Part shown: piece by piece, positions 36,800 through 53,843 of the stretch
Position numbering within the stretch: the stretch's first letter is position 1
Layout of the letters: each line of letters starts with the position of its first letter
Notes under the pieces: model-generated
The model's database searches: none
The model's input: the letters and a program-made list of their open reading frames with translations, nothing else
Told to the model about the DNA's origin: nothing
Position numbers and translations under genes: made by a program
Assembly: GCA_002269645.1 (NCBI GenBank)
Contig: NIVC01001112.1
Coordinates: 185,640 to 249,639, forward strand
DNA from: Macrostomum lignano
Lineage: Eukaryota
Direction of reading: 5' to 3'
Length of the DNA: 64,000 bases

Positions 36800-37672
36800 A
36801 TGGAAATCTTGAGCAGCTACTCAGCCTCTACCATCAAGCTGGGTCTGGCGGCCGCGGGTACGGCAGCCGTTGTCGTCTTCGCTCTGCGTCGAATTGCCAA
36901 GCGCAAAGGCTCCGGCCTTCGAGTGGCCAACTATGAGAAGAACATGGTGTACTTGTTCAACTTTCCCAGCTGTCGAACTATCGTCAGCATTTCGCCGTTC
37001 GGACTGAAGCTGGAAACCTGGCTTCGAATGCACCAGATTCGGTACACAGCAATCCGGAAGACTTACGTCTGGAGCCGCAAAGGCCAGATTCCTTTTGTTG
37101 AGCTCAACGGACAGGAGTACAATGCGTCTAATCTCATCATTGCCGAGCTGCAAAAGTACTTTGGAGTTGATGACGGACTGTCTGAGCAGGAGCAGGGCTT
37201 AGCCAGAGGTCTGGAGATGATGCTTGAAAACCAGACAGTATTTAGCTATTTCTATTACCGCTATGTTGAAGCGGCTCGCGAGTTTGTACAGACCTGGGAG
37301 TTCTCCGGATTTCTGCTGCGCTGGGTGCTGTACCGATTCTTCCCTCCAGGATTCCGCCACCGGCTCAAGCACCACGGCATCGGGCGCAACACGGTGCCGG
37401 AGATCTACTCCATGGGTTTCGAGGACATCCGCGCTCTGTCCCGCGTGCTTGGCAGCAAGAAGTTCCTGTTCGGCGAGCGGATGACTGCGGCAGATTGCTA
37501 CGCTTTCGGTCATCTGGCTCAAATCCTCTACGTCCCGGTGGACTATCCGCACAAGCAGTTCATGCGAGAGCAGACGCCGAACCTGTGCGAATACGTAACC
37601 AGAATCAAGGAAACGCTCTGGCCAGACTGGGATCAACTGTGCATGGATAATCTGCTCGGTTCTAATAATTGA
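36800..37672 (+). CDS. FAXC: Failed axon connections homolog (metaxin-like GST family), intronless CDS, 290 aa
   Basis: N-terminal hydrophobic anchor, SPFGLKLETWLRM, KGQIPFVELNG, LGSKKFLFGERMTAADCYAFGHLAQ, NLCEYVTRIKETLWPDW are typical FAX-family motifs. Confidence 0.9.
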   Translation: MEILSSYSASTIKLGLAAAGTAAVVVFALRRIAKRKGSGLRVANYEKNMVYLFNFPSCRTIVSISPFGLKLETWLRMHQIRYTAIRKTYVWSRKGQIPFVELNGQEYNASNLIIAELQKYFGVDDGLSEQEQGLARGLEMMLENQTVFSYFYYRYVEAAREFVQTWEFSGFLLRWVLYRFFPPGFRHRLKHHGIGRNTVPEIYSMGFEDIRALSRVLGSKKFLFGERMTAADCYAFGHLAQILYVPVDYPHKQFMREQTPNLCEYVTRIKETLWPDWDQLCMDNLLGSNN

Positions 37673-38390
37673 ATAAGTTCGGAATATGAATTCAGATGAT
37701 GGTTAGTACATACTTTCGCTATGGGCTGACAGATTTAAAAGACTCGACACTTCATCGACTGTCACTTTAATCTTTGCGATCTTCTTTTAGAGTTTAGAGT
37801 GCGATCTTTCTTTTATTTTCAGATTCAGCACTTCCAGTTGTTATCAGTGCTAGTCTCCTATTGAACTCGAACTTTCTTTAGCACCAATAGTATTATCTCT
37901 TGATTTAGCAAAGGCATGCTGTATGCATGTTGTTAAAGTTTATCTTTATTATTAAATAAACTTTTATTAAACGAGATATTGCTTGATTCTTCTTGAAACT
38001 ATAAAACCATCGCCAAAATACTACTCTGAGTAGCAAATAGGGCATTCATCTAGCTGTCTACAATAAATATCAATTATTAAACTAAAAGCAATCCGTATTT
38101 TTCGTGCTACCATTATCGGCGATTTTACAACTACTTCTAGGCTTCTAAAGTACACACCTTATTTTGAGTGGATCCATTTTCATGGCGTTTGTAATGCTCA
38201 GCGTTTAAGTTTAGATGCAATCCACATGGTAACTCTAGCAATAAGCATAACAATAAAAGGTTTGCAGCAAGCAAATTATAGAGCTATTGGTGCTATAGTA
38301 GCTACATAGGCCTAGGCTAGATATTTTATATAGATCGAACTTTCCAATACGAATCAATCATTTGCGTTCCACCATCTTCTCTGGATATAT

Positions 38391-39408
38391 TCACTGATAT
38401 GTGGGCTGGTACAGGTGCTCCAAACCGCTGAGAGCCTTTGCGCACAGCTCATCAAATCGCTTGCTGCTCTCGGCGTCAAACCAGTTGCGCCAGTCGCCCA
38501 CCTCGCCCTTCCGATAGAAACCGGTGGTAGCGCTGGAGTTGAAGAACTCGCTAAGGTCAGTGCCTCGATCCTGGCGCATCCGTTCAAATGTCACCTGCTT
38601 GCAGATGTCGGCCAGCAGCTGGTCGGAAATGGCGGCAGCGTTGGCCTCCGGGCTGTCCAGCAAAAAGTCGGCGATTCGTCGTATCTGGCCGGCCGGATCG
38701 GCCTTGAGCTTCTCGAACTCCACCAGCAGGATGTTGGAATGGCAGCCGCTGTTTATGGCTGCAAGAAATTCCCTGGTGTGTTCGAACCACGAGCCTCCAT
38801 CGACTAATCCCTGGATAAATGTAATTGGCGAATTCGAAAATCTTTAGATCTGGATGCGGCTGTTAGAGCAAAACAGAGGTCGGTAGGAATACCTTTTCGT
38901 ATAGACCCAGAAAGCCTTTGAAGCTGCCCTTGTACTCGTAGTCGTCGATGGAGATATAGTGATGATACAGGGACACGGCGGCATCCTTGGGATTTCGTAC
39001 CGCAAACAGGGCCTTGTTGGTTGCCAGCAGCTTCTCGGGCAGTATCGAGTAGCGCAGATGACAATTGAGCACTCGGGGTGAGGCGAACTTTTCAAAGCAG
39101 TGAAAGTCCTGCGCCTCGAGCATGGCATCCTCCTTGAGCGCAGGTCGCTGCTTAGCCTGTTTGGTGAGCACAAAGTGGCAGATATCATTGAGCCAGTGGG
39201 TCCCGCACTTTAGATGAGCATAAATGAAAACATCATCCTGTCTTGGCTGAAACGCCTCGCAAAGCCTATCGAGATTTTCCTCCGCGCCGGGGAAGTCAGA
39301 CACAAAGTAGCCTCGCCAGAGTCTGTTCTTCACGCTGGCTCCTTCGCCATCTTTGTTATAGACGACTCCTCTAGCTGGTTGTCCGCTGGAGTTCAGAACC
39401 GGTTCCAT
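38391..39408 (-). CDS. Cytosolic sulfotransferase (SULT1-like), 2 exons, 311 aa
   Basis: Exons 39408-38893 and 38810-38391 are joined by an 82-nt GT-AG intron (phase 0). Motifs: HLKCGTHW (5'-PSB), catalytic His in RVLNCHL, RNPKDAAVS (3'-PB), FYRKGEVGDWRNWF. Confidence 0.93.
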
Positions 39409-40461
39409 GTTGACCCGCTATTGATCAAATTCAAGTAGAAGCGTAAGACTTTTCACTTGGAGTTGAAGCCGCAGGATTCGGGGCAGGACGCTGAAAGCTT
39501 TGCTCTTTTATGAATCAGTCAGATTGTTCTGACGCTTATCGCTTATCGGCTCCTGGATTTTGCGGCTTAACTAACTGGCCCACTAATTGAGGCTCAGCAT
39601 GAGAACCAACCAGGCCAGCTGGCGATTGCATCTGAGGATTTACCCGATGCTGCCTGGGATCAGAAAGCAATTTCTAGAGGGCATTGGCCGCATGCCCAGG
39701 GCGGCTGGCTCTGACGGGATCAGGACAGATAGCTAGCTAGCCGTCAGACTGTAGAGCTGAAATCCAATTTCCCACACCTAATCCTTTGTTTACAAGTTCA
39801 GAAGAAATGACGAACTTTTGATTGAGCTGCCCGCCTGCAGAGGTTCATTCTGTGCTTGAATAAAATCCGAGTTATTTATTTAAACCTGGTCGACAAAGTA
39901 CATACAATTTAATCAATGCAAGACGAACATGTTAATTGGCTTTTACATAGTTTAATGCGCTTGTTAGACGACTAAGCAAAAACACGGAATTCTATCACAA
40001 AGCCAAGTGACCTTGACACCAATATTAATATGAGCTGCAGGCCTGCTGAACACTATTTTGACTCCTAGATGGCTAGAAAGGCCTTAGTTACTCGAATAGA
40101 TTTTCAACTAATATACCCCACATCCTGGTTGCAGTCTCTAAACACACCCAAGTGATAAAGTCAAGCGTAAATTATGGTTTCGTGGTAGCCGAACTAAATT
40201 AATAAGCGTCATACGTTGCTACAAGCAATGTATTATTAATGCATATAACTGAATGATTTATATAACTATATAGATAGCGGAGGTGATGAGTGAATATTAC
40301 AGTTCCAAGTGCGCATTAATTGATGCTAAGTGACGGTACAAGAGCTGACAAGATCTAGAAAATAATGTTCATGGCATCCGAGTAACACATACCCGTAACT
40401 AAGCTACAGTTCTGAATTTCAAAAAGTCAAAATATCAATCAGAAAAGTAAGAAGAAAAAAA

Positions 40462-40740
40462 TTAACGGGATTTCAACGATCCAGTTTGAAATTTCAGGCA
40501 AAGCTTAAACTGTGTCTGATAGTTGCGACACTTGGCAACAAAGAACGGACTTGTGTCGTCCGGACCGCGGCAGATTGCATCGCACGGCTCGCACATGCAG
40601 CTGTAGGGATCACTGTACTCGCCAGCAGAGCACTTGGAGAACACTTCGCAATCATTTGCCAGTGCGAATCCTTGAACAGAACTGGTTGTCACAGCGCTGG
40701 CGATCAACAGCAGGCAAGGAAGCAGACAGTTGGGAGACAT
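40462..40740 (-). CDS. Small secreted Cys-rich protein (92 aa) with a TACI/BCMA/Grindelwald-type TNFR cysteine-rich domain
   Basis: ATG at 40740 gives signal peptide MSPNCLLPCLLLIASAVTTSSVQG, then DCEVFSKCSAGEYSDPYSCMCEPCDAIC...KC...LC. No TM before the stop. Confidence 0.62.
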   Translation of the reverse strand: MSPNCLLPCLLLIASAVTTSSVQGFALANDCEVFSKCSAGEYSDPYSCMCEPCDAICRGPDDTSPFFVAKCRNYQTQFKLCLKFQTGSLKSR

Positions 40741-41718
40741 GGCTAAAAGCTTGAGGTTGCTGTAACTGGTTAGTGCTGCTTTACGGGACTCTCTTTGGTT
40801 CCAGATTAGCTGCCTGGCTTGGCTATATAGTTGTCTATAGAAAACCCGCGGGATTCCCTCAATAGCAAAAAATAGACATTGCGTAGGCCGAGTAGACAGT
40901 GCAATCGTACTAAGTACCTTGTTATAATACAAGGGACGCAGTCCCCTAAATAGGCCAAGTTCAGTCACTTAGGATGACTCACTAACCAAACTTCGGCTGC
41001 AGAGGATGTTCAGTCACAAGGATCTAAACGTGTATTACAGAAATAGTTGCATTTTCCTAATTTACAAAGCGCATTCCTTCAAGATTATGTAGATTTCATA
41101 CCAACATATGTCGTATTATGGCCGTCCGCGTGTCAACCGGTTTTGTGGGCGGATTTAGCACAACGTAAATACTCGTATATAGTCAAGAGGTAAAACCTAA
41201 TTATAAATACAGGCACATTACTCATTAAATCTTATTTTAGGAAAAAAAACTGTTTTTTGAGCTCTTTCATGATAGAGGGTCTCGCGACGCAAAATACATA
41301 GTTCATGGCCACCAAAATCATCTGATTTATTGATCAGGCCACCACAGTCTAGCAAGAAGTCCACTTTTTTGCACCATCCAAGGCATCGGAACTACAGCTA
41401 GACTGCAAGATCCCAGAAACCTGCCATCGTGAATAGCATCCAATGCAAAAATTGAGAAGTCGAACTCCTACGAGTGGTCTCTACGTTGTCTGAAGAATAT
41501 AAAACTAATGCACGTAGAGCACAGTAATTAGTTTATTTTTTAATTGGTCAACCGCCGAGGTTACCGAGTAATAATAAATTACAGAAGCTTGAATTATACT
41601 ACTTTTGGTACATAGTAGGCGTAGCGAAATAGCTGCAAATTAAATTATTAACTCTCGCAAATGAAAATGAATCAGGAATGTATCTTTTAAAAGCAATATA
41701 CGAGTATATTAAAACTCT

Positions 41719-45700
<3,982 letters not shown>

Positions 45701-46680
45701 CTTTGATCTTTAGACTTTGTTATCAGAATGATTATTACTCGTAAAGAAGCAGGAATTTTTTATGGTATAGCCGAAATATTCATCCCAAATTTGAAACGGC
45801 CGGGCTGCTCTATTCGGAGCCAATGCTGCGCTAGTAAACCGACTCAATTATTTTCTTACTAAGCTGGTGAATATTTTCTTTCTATTTGCTTTACAGCTGA
45901 GCCAGAAAGGAATAAAAGAGCTGTTAAGCCTGAGTCCCTGCTCTATATATGTTCATTTGCTAGTTAGAATATTTCACGCAAGCTGCTGTACAAACCGAAA
46001 AAGGAGAGAAGATTTTAAGAACTGACTATATAGTGAGCGCTTCATATTTTTGCACCTCGAACAGCAACGAGCGAAGACGCGAGTAAAGTGGCTACTCAAA
46101 CCCATCCCGCAACTTTTAGCTCTTCTACTGTAAATGGAAGCTTCAATTAAGCTGGAACTGAGTCTATTAACTGTGCAGCAAGGCTACAGTGCGGTCTTGT
46201 GCACGCAGTAATTAGGAAAGAGGCTGCATCTGCATGTGTCAAAGAGGTGACATGACGAGTAGTTGGAGCCTCATTCAGCCAGGGAGTGGTATAGCCAACC
46301 ACATAAACAGCAGCGTTCCAAAACAGTTCCAATGATACAGAACCCAAATGTTGCGCCCCTGGGACCAAAATCTTGCTATGATACAAAAATCCCGTTACCC
46401 TGACACCGAAATCGCGTGACTCTGACACTAATATCTCATGACTCTGACACCGTTTCTGACACAGTACGTACTGACACCGTACGTACAAGCCTCAAGTTTT
46501 ATTGAAAACAGATTGCTTTATTTATACATTTTGTTTCTTTTAAACTAAGTGTGCAATACGCTTCTTACAAAATTCAAAATTCAAAGAAAAATAAGCACGT
46601 AAGTCGCGCAGCACTCTACTTAATAAAGTTCTACATAGTAGTATACTTAGAAAGTTATAATCATAAGCTTTTTGAAACAA

Positions 46681-46688
46681 TAATAATA

Positions 46689-46729
<41 letters not shown>

Positions 46730-47018
46730 TGATTACACCTGCCCCAATTGGCAGATGTGCAACCGACAGCTCAGCCGCAGATATTGCGCGGTGTATCTGA
46801 CGGCTGCGTACGGCTGTTCAGTCCAAAGATTGGGGGTCGCCACACACACCCTCAATTTCCCCAGCTAATGCTGGCACCCGTTTAAAAGCTGGGTGAACTG
46901 AAGCAATGCAGAGTTAAGTGTCTTGCTCAAGGACACAAATTGTTCCAGTGGGATCGAGAATCGAACCCCCGACCTTCCAATCGTGAGTTTGACACTCTAA
47001 CCACTAGGCTACAACCCC
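46681..47018 (-). mobile_element. tRNA-derived SINE, family B, apparently full length with (ATT)n tail
   Basis: Reverse-complement match to 32852-33027 plus an extra 3' region ending in (ATT)n at 46681-46728. The 15-bp head CTAGGCTACAACCCC is locally duplicated (47004-47018, 47022-47036). Confidence 0.82.
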
Positions 47019-48599
47019 CTTCTAGGCTACAACCCCCTTTCGAAACAACCCTCTAGAATACCCTTTCTTCCTTTTTGAAACATGTAGAGTGAGTATACGA
47101 AACAAGCAAAGTTTCATACTCGTAGCTAATGGAAGGATCTTACGCAGATCTTCGTATTTATTTACCGCACACTTTAAGACAAGAATCCCATCGAAAATCG
47201 TTAAATACGCTCGTAAGCGCTCTTTGGTTGAAGTTGAAGCGGCCTTGATAATGACATCTGACTGTCGGTTGCTCCTCTAGAAACATCTGCAGCTCCAAGC
47301 CAGTCAAGAAAAACTAACTAAGCATAATAATAGACTAAGGATTCAAGTTCTCATAATTCTGCCTTAGTACGCGTCCTCACGCCACTTCATTTGAAAAAAA
47401 ACTGCATGGGGATTGGGGATGCTGCAGTGTGATGAGGATGGTGCGCAGGACTGAAGAGAAAAATTCATCAGATGTTCACCAGACCAGATCTTCCCAATCC
47501 CCCCCTGAATCTCTGAAACTTGAAATCTCTGAACCTGAAATTCTCTTCCCCTTGCATCGGTCAGACAGAGCGAGAATGACTCACTCTCAGCTGAGGGCAA
47601 CCGTACATCATGTGACAGGGAGTTCTGTAAATAGAATCTGGAGTGGATGGATTCAAACTGAGATTTTCGCAGGGACAATAGGCCCCTCGCTAACCCCTTC
47701 TTGACCTTACACCGGATCCGCCGCTGACAACGACCAGGATTTCCCCGGGGGGGGGGTATGACCCCCACGGCCTAGTTTTCTAGGGTGGAGGTCAGCCGAC
47801 CCCTTGACCCCCTGAACCCGCTAAGGTGAATTTGCAGAATTACAATTTCAATTTTTAGGACGGTCCTTCAACTTCTCTTCGCGCATCTAATGCTGTTCTC
47901 AGTAATGAGCTCTCAGAGAGTTATCAAATTTATTTCAATTGTTAAGAAATTATTAACTTTAAAACGATAACTTCACTTGCCTTATCTTATCTTCTAGCTT
48001 CGTATATAATAAAAGCTCTGAGAATCCTAATCCGTGCGTGCTCTATAGTCTAGACTTCTAACTTTAGGCATCCATGAGGTTTGTAGGACTGCGGAGTGCG
48101 GAGAAGATCTTGGAGGGAGAATGGGGGGTGGGGGCCCTGACCCCCCTTTGGGGAGCATTCTGCAAAGGGCGGCGCCCGAGGGCGGAGAGAGAAATCAGCC
48201 GGGTATGGGGGTTGGGCGATAGCCTACCCACCCCACCTCCTCCGCAATTTAGATTCCAGAGAGCGCCAGTGCCCCACCACCCCACACCCACCTCCCCATC
48301 CCTGCCACACGCCCCCGCCCTCCCCGCCCGCCCTTAAGGCTCTGACCACGGCCAAAACACGCCACCCCGTCTTACCCCACGCCACGCCACGCCACGCCAC
48401 CTCTCCATCGTCCTTAAGTTCGCGCACCCCCGGGGCCCATGCACACCATCCCTCAAGCGCGACTCCATATGAATATGAACTCCATAAGCCAGACAGTTAG
48501 GTTCACGCGCACGATAACGATTCTCTAAGGCGACGCCTAAAAAGTCTTAGTCGTCGTTGTACGAGCTTATTGTTAAGAATCGGCTCGGTGTTCAAAATC

Positions 48600-50338
48600 A
48601 TGTCACAAAGAGTCTATTATTATTATTTATTTCTGCAGATTCTTCTACTACTATTGCTTGAAGAGCTTCTAGTAGTGGCAGAAGAGTTTAAATCAAAGCC
48701 TACTTCTGCTCCACTGTCTGCCACTACTACGAAACATATCGAGTACGCCAGTGAGGTCAAGGACTCGTTTTTGATTCATCCTGGCACGAGATGGTGTGGA
48801 GTTGGTAAGTACTATGTTTCAAGTTCCTAATATTAATCTCTCTCCCAGATTCCCATCTCCCTTGACCTTTAGATCCTCAGTCTCCACTCAGCTCACCAAT
48901 CCCTTTTAGATCCACAATCTACCACTCAGATCCCCCAATCTCCTTCGCAGATCCCTAATCTCCCAGATCCCCAGTCTCCCTTTAGATCAACAATCTCCCC
49001 TTAGATAAATAATTACCCTCTTCTTAGATCCCCAATCTCCTTCCCAGATTCTCAATCTCCTTCCCAGATCCTTAATATCCCTCCCTGATCCACAATATCC
49101 CACTCAGATCTACAATATCCCACTCAGATCCACAATATCCCACTCAGATCTACAATATCCCACTCAGATCCACAATATCCCACGACCCACTCAGATCTAC
49201 ATATCCCACTCAGATCCACAATATCCCACTCAGATTCACAATATCCCACTCAGATCCACAATATCCCACTCAGATCCACAATATCCCACTCAGATCCACA
49301 GTATCCCACTCAGATCCACAATATCCCACTCAGATCAACAATTACCCTCTTTTTAGACCCTTCTTAGAATCTTAGTCTCCCTTTATTAGATCCACATCTC
49401 CCACTCATTCAATCTGCCAATTTCCCTCCCGTATGGGTATAAAAAGGCCTCGAACCCCCGTCAAATCCAGGCACCCTAGCCATGAACTACACAATCCTGG
49501 GCACCGCCTACGAATCGGACATGTGCTGTCGGGAGCACGACCACTGCGACCGAGTTATCCGAGCCAAACGAACCAAGTACCACATGAAGAGCATTTTTCA
49601 TTTCACTATATCGCACTGCGAATGCGATGTTAAGTGAGTGCCCGCCTTCGCCTTGGCTAATTGTCATGATGTACTTGTCATTTTGTTCTTTCTTTTGCCT
49701 CTAAGTGACAAACTCAAGCCATAAGTGACACAAACTCATGCACCAAAGTGACACAAACTCAAGCCCAAAGTGACACAAACTCAAGCCCAAAGTGACACAA
49801 ACTCAAGCCCCAAAGTGACACAAACTCAAGCCCCAAAGTGACACAAACTCAAGCCCCAAAGTGACACAAACTCAAGCCCCAAAGTGATACAAACTCAAGC
49901 CCCAGAGTGAAACAAATTTAAGCCCCAAAGTGACACAAACTCAAGCCCCAAAGTGATACAAACTCAAGCCCCAGAGTGAAACAAATTTAAGCCCCAAAGT
50001 GACACAAACTCGAGCTCCAGAGTGGCGCACCAATAATTTAATCGAACTTTCCAATCCAATCAAACAATGCCAGGTTTTATCGCTGCCTAAAGAACGCCCA
50101 CGACAGTCAAGGTGCTTCGGTTATCGAATGGTTTTTCCGCCTAATCCGGGTGCCCTGCTTTGATCTGGTGCCCAAGCGGGTGTGCCTGGAGTCCAAGCGG
50201 GTGTCCATGTTCTCCAGCGAAATGCGCTGCATTCGCTACGGCACGGAGGACGCTGCCGTTCTGAGGCGGCTGCCGTACTTCACTGACGAATTGGATCGAA
50301 TGAGACGTGAACAGAGTGGCTTACACTGGTACAAATGA
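48600..50338 (+). CDS. Group III (bee-venom-like) secreted phospholipase A2, 3 exons
   Basis: Exons 48600-48804 (hydrophobic N-terminus...HPGTRWCGVG, Ca loop), 49471-49633 (DMCCREHDHC catalytic His-Asp; HCECD), 50074-50338 (KFYRCLK...PCF). Phases 1 and 2 are consistent. The start codon is less certain. Confidence 0.9.
48850..49340. repeat. 20-bp (ATATCCCACTCAGATCCACA)n with degenerate flank, PLA2 intron 1
   Basis: Directly visible. Confidence 0.9.
49705..50015. repeat. 23-bp (CAAACTCAAGCCCCAAAGTGACA)n, PLA2 intron 2
   Basis: Directly visible. Confidence 0.92.
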
Positions 50339-50440
50339 TCTCAATGATGAACGACTATCTTCTTGAACAGCTATTGACGTTACCGAAGATAGTATTTTAA
50401 ATGAATTTTGTCGTGGAATACATGTTTATTAGAGTCCATA

Positions 50441-50758
50441 GGGGCTGCGTGCACCCTGGCGCACTTTAAGCGACATAGGCACACAACCGGCGAGAGGCAT
50501 TACTGCCCATTCCGCCGACTCCCCTGAGCAGGCACACAAGCGCGTGGATACGTACGCAGGCACACACTGACACAGGAGTGTACAGCGGCCCTAACTTATT
50601 TATCGTTAGACATGTACACTTCACAGTGCCTTGGGGGTTAATTGCATGAGCAGAGCCAAGCCGAGATTCCAATTCAGCCCCAAATTAATGTGACTGCACT
50701 TGGAATCGAGCCTGGGCCGCAGGCACACCAGAGCAGCCGCGCTGGACCACTGGGCTAC
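50441..50758 (-). mobile_element. tRNA-derived SINE, family A, copy 3 (small internal deletion)
   Basis: Matches copies 1 and 2 but lacks the GGCTCTCAAGGCCG segment. Confidence 0.8.
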
Positions 50759-51142
50759 TACTGGGTTAACCGGATTTTTTGCTTAAATCTGTATCATTTG
50801 TTATGGCAGTTTTACAGTGCATATGTCTACTAGACTACTTTCAGTATCAGTAGACACGTGCTATGCAGTTTTTCTACACAATTGCATAAGTGTATATGAG
50901 TACCTTTTTACTTTAGCGCCCTAATTAATTTACAATACATTTCCACTTAGAAAAATTAGTCTGAGAGAATTTTAATTGCACAAATAGTATTTCTACTATT
51001 AATAATTGATATTACTTTTGTTTATTGATTTGAAAATTTTGCTATCGTTATAAAGGTCGCTTTTGCTTTTTCTGCTTTTCCAGTTTGTGTTTGCTTCTGC
51101 CGTAGCTTATTTCTGTTGTTTAGTCTCTGCACTGCCAGCATC

Positions 51143-51336
<194 letters not shown>

Positions 51337-51989
51337 ATCTCACTTTCTACTCCCTTTTCGTCTCAATCTTTCTTATATCTCTGATCTTCATATATCCATG
51401 GCTATCGTCCACTGCTTCAATAAGCAAGATTTTCCAAATTTGCATTTCTGTCTCTTCAGTGTCGCCCACTAAAAATGGCTGACCTTTCTAAGCTTAAAGC
51501 ACCAACTTGTTATGATTTTCACTTGTTGTGCAATGCCCCCTGTTAGTACTTAGCTGTGAACAAGAATTCATCAGTATCTCTGTAGATTTCAAGCCTGTGT
51601 TTGAATCAGTGAACCTTTAATTGCGTTGAAATAAGGTTTATGTTTTTCACTGAAACGTGAAATTGATTTAAAAACATTCATCGCAGACTTTTTCTTTTCT
51701 ACTGCAAGTAGCTTGTTTGGAATATTAGGAAAAGTTTATTTAAATTTGACTTTTCATAGTATATCAATGCTTTAATAGGGAATTCGAAACTCAATTTTTT
51801 GAGTTGAAACCTTCATTATCCAGCTCTCAGTCACCAAGAAAGCTTTCGATTGCACTAATCGAATCGAAATGTACTCAAAAGTGCAGTATAAATCTTTCAA
51901 TTTAATGAGTCTGTATTAAATATGCTTTGTTGCTATACTCATTTATTAACTCATGGAGATGTATGTGGGTCTGGCTCAAAGTTTATGAG

Positions 51990-52280
51990 TCTGTCTCCAA
52001 GTGGGTGGGTGTCTCAAAGTGGGTGAGTCTGTGTCAAAGTTGGTGAGTCTGTCTCGAAGTTGGTGAGTCTGTCTCAAAGTTGGTGAGTCTGTCTCAAAGT
52101 TGGTGAGTCTGTCTCGAAGTTGGTGAGTCTGTCTCGAAGTTGGTGAGTCTGTCTCGAAGTTGGTGAGTCTGTCTCAAAGTTGGTGAGTCTGTGTCAAAGT
52201 TGGTGAGTCTGTCTCATAGTGGGTGAGTCTGTCTCAAAGTGGGTGAGTCTGTCTCAAAGTGGGTGAGTCTGTCTCAAAGT
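51990..52280. repeat. 20-bp (GTTGGTGAGTCTGTCTCAAA)n, ~14 copies
   Basis: Directly visible. Confidence 0.93.
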
Positions 52281-53059
52281 AAGGGCCTAGCCCATCTCTA
52301 TAGTGGTGTTGAAACTGGCACTTCATATTCTCCCAGTGCGTGAGAGTATGGGCAGCCCATATCTATACCACGGGAAGAACTTGAGAGTGGAAATTTCCGT
52401 CAAGACAGCGTACAAACCAGAACACTGAAGTACTTAATATACCAATGTACATAAACAGTCAACAACGAGGCCAAAAATAGTTGCTAAATGTACATTTCGT
52501 ATTCTCGTATACACTGTGTAAGAATGTACAGTATTAACCAAAATATTTTCGGAATTCAGGGTCGCAGAAATGTCATGTGTGCTTGCTTGGTTTTGTTACG
52601 CAGATAAAATGCCAGGAAAGCTCTATAGATACAGCTAGAGTCTAGTTGAAAAGAAATTCACGAAAACAGTTCTGAAGCTCGGCTTGATATTCACGAACCA
52701 AGTTAGGACTCCGACTATACAGTGTAATTGTTCATTTTTTAAAAAGGGCATCATTTAACAATGTAACTTCTCCGGAGCACACTAAAAAAGAAGATATCAA
52801 ATCTAGCGTTTGTATTTTAATGGCACAAAACGCCTTTGTGGATATCAGCTGTGCTGCAATAAGTTCAAACTGTGTCAACTGCTGCGATAAAGCATGGAGC
52901 TGAAAGTAGACGATTTACAGGTAGATTGCTCTGACCAAGGCAAAGAGGAAGAAATTCTGGTAAGAAAACTTGCATGTAACATCCATCAGGACTTTTCTGA
53001 CGTAGAAAGATACAGTAAAGCTTTGTTAAAAACAAAAACTTCAGACTCTCCATGAGCTT

Positions 53060-53400
53060 GTCGTGACCTCAGGCAGGCTATGATCCCGAGATTCTCCATA
53101 TGACCTTTGCCATTATCTCAGGCAGGCTATGACCCCAGATTCTCCATATGACCTTTGCCATGACCTCAGACAGGCTATGACCCCAGATTCTCCATATGAC
53201 CTTTCCGCGACTTCAGGCAGGCTATGATCCCGAGATTCTCCATATGACCTTTGCCATGACCTCAGACAGGCTATGACCCCAGATTCTCCATATGACCTTT
53301 GCCATGACCCCAGACAGGCTATGACCCCAGATTCTCCATATGACCTTTGCCATGATCTCAGGCAGGCTATGACTCCAGCTTCTCTATGAACTTGTTGTGA
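53060..53400. repeat. ~48-bp tandem repeat (CTCAGGCAGGCTATGACCCCAGATTCTCCATATGACCTTTGCCATGAC) x~7
   Basis: CAGGCTA occurs at 53074, 53123, 53171... Confidence 0.92.
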
Positions 53401-53843
53401 CCTCAGGCATACCATAACCCTAAATCACTCAGTCACCTTACTGTTACCTCAGCTGCTTCCTAAAATCTGCATAATCTCTGACACTAAATGACCTCTACTT
53501 GATCTTATGCACTTTTTTATTCCCAGACACTTCCTGACCGCGTGCAGTGTATGAAGTGTTATTCTCTTAATACTGAACATTACTTTGTCTTTGCAGACAA
53601 TATCGTGACTTGAACTTTGCCCTAACTTCTTGAAACTACATGTAGATGTAGATTCTGCATGCATACATGTACCTGCAGTCTGCGGACCAAAGCTTTCCCG
53701 ATGACCTTGCCGTGACCCTTGACACCAATCGTACACAAAAAATTGAGCAATTAAACAGCAAGCTTGGAGCATAGAGCCAAACCGTAAAGAGGCTATTAAA
53801 AGTAGATGAACAAACAAGACATTGATAAATTCCCACGTTCCAG

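Noticed and set aside
47690-48470. G/C-run-rich segments with several short ORFs
   Set aside because: They look like decayed non-autonomous element ends or low complexity; no TIR/TSD pair or protein motif could be established.
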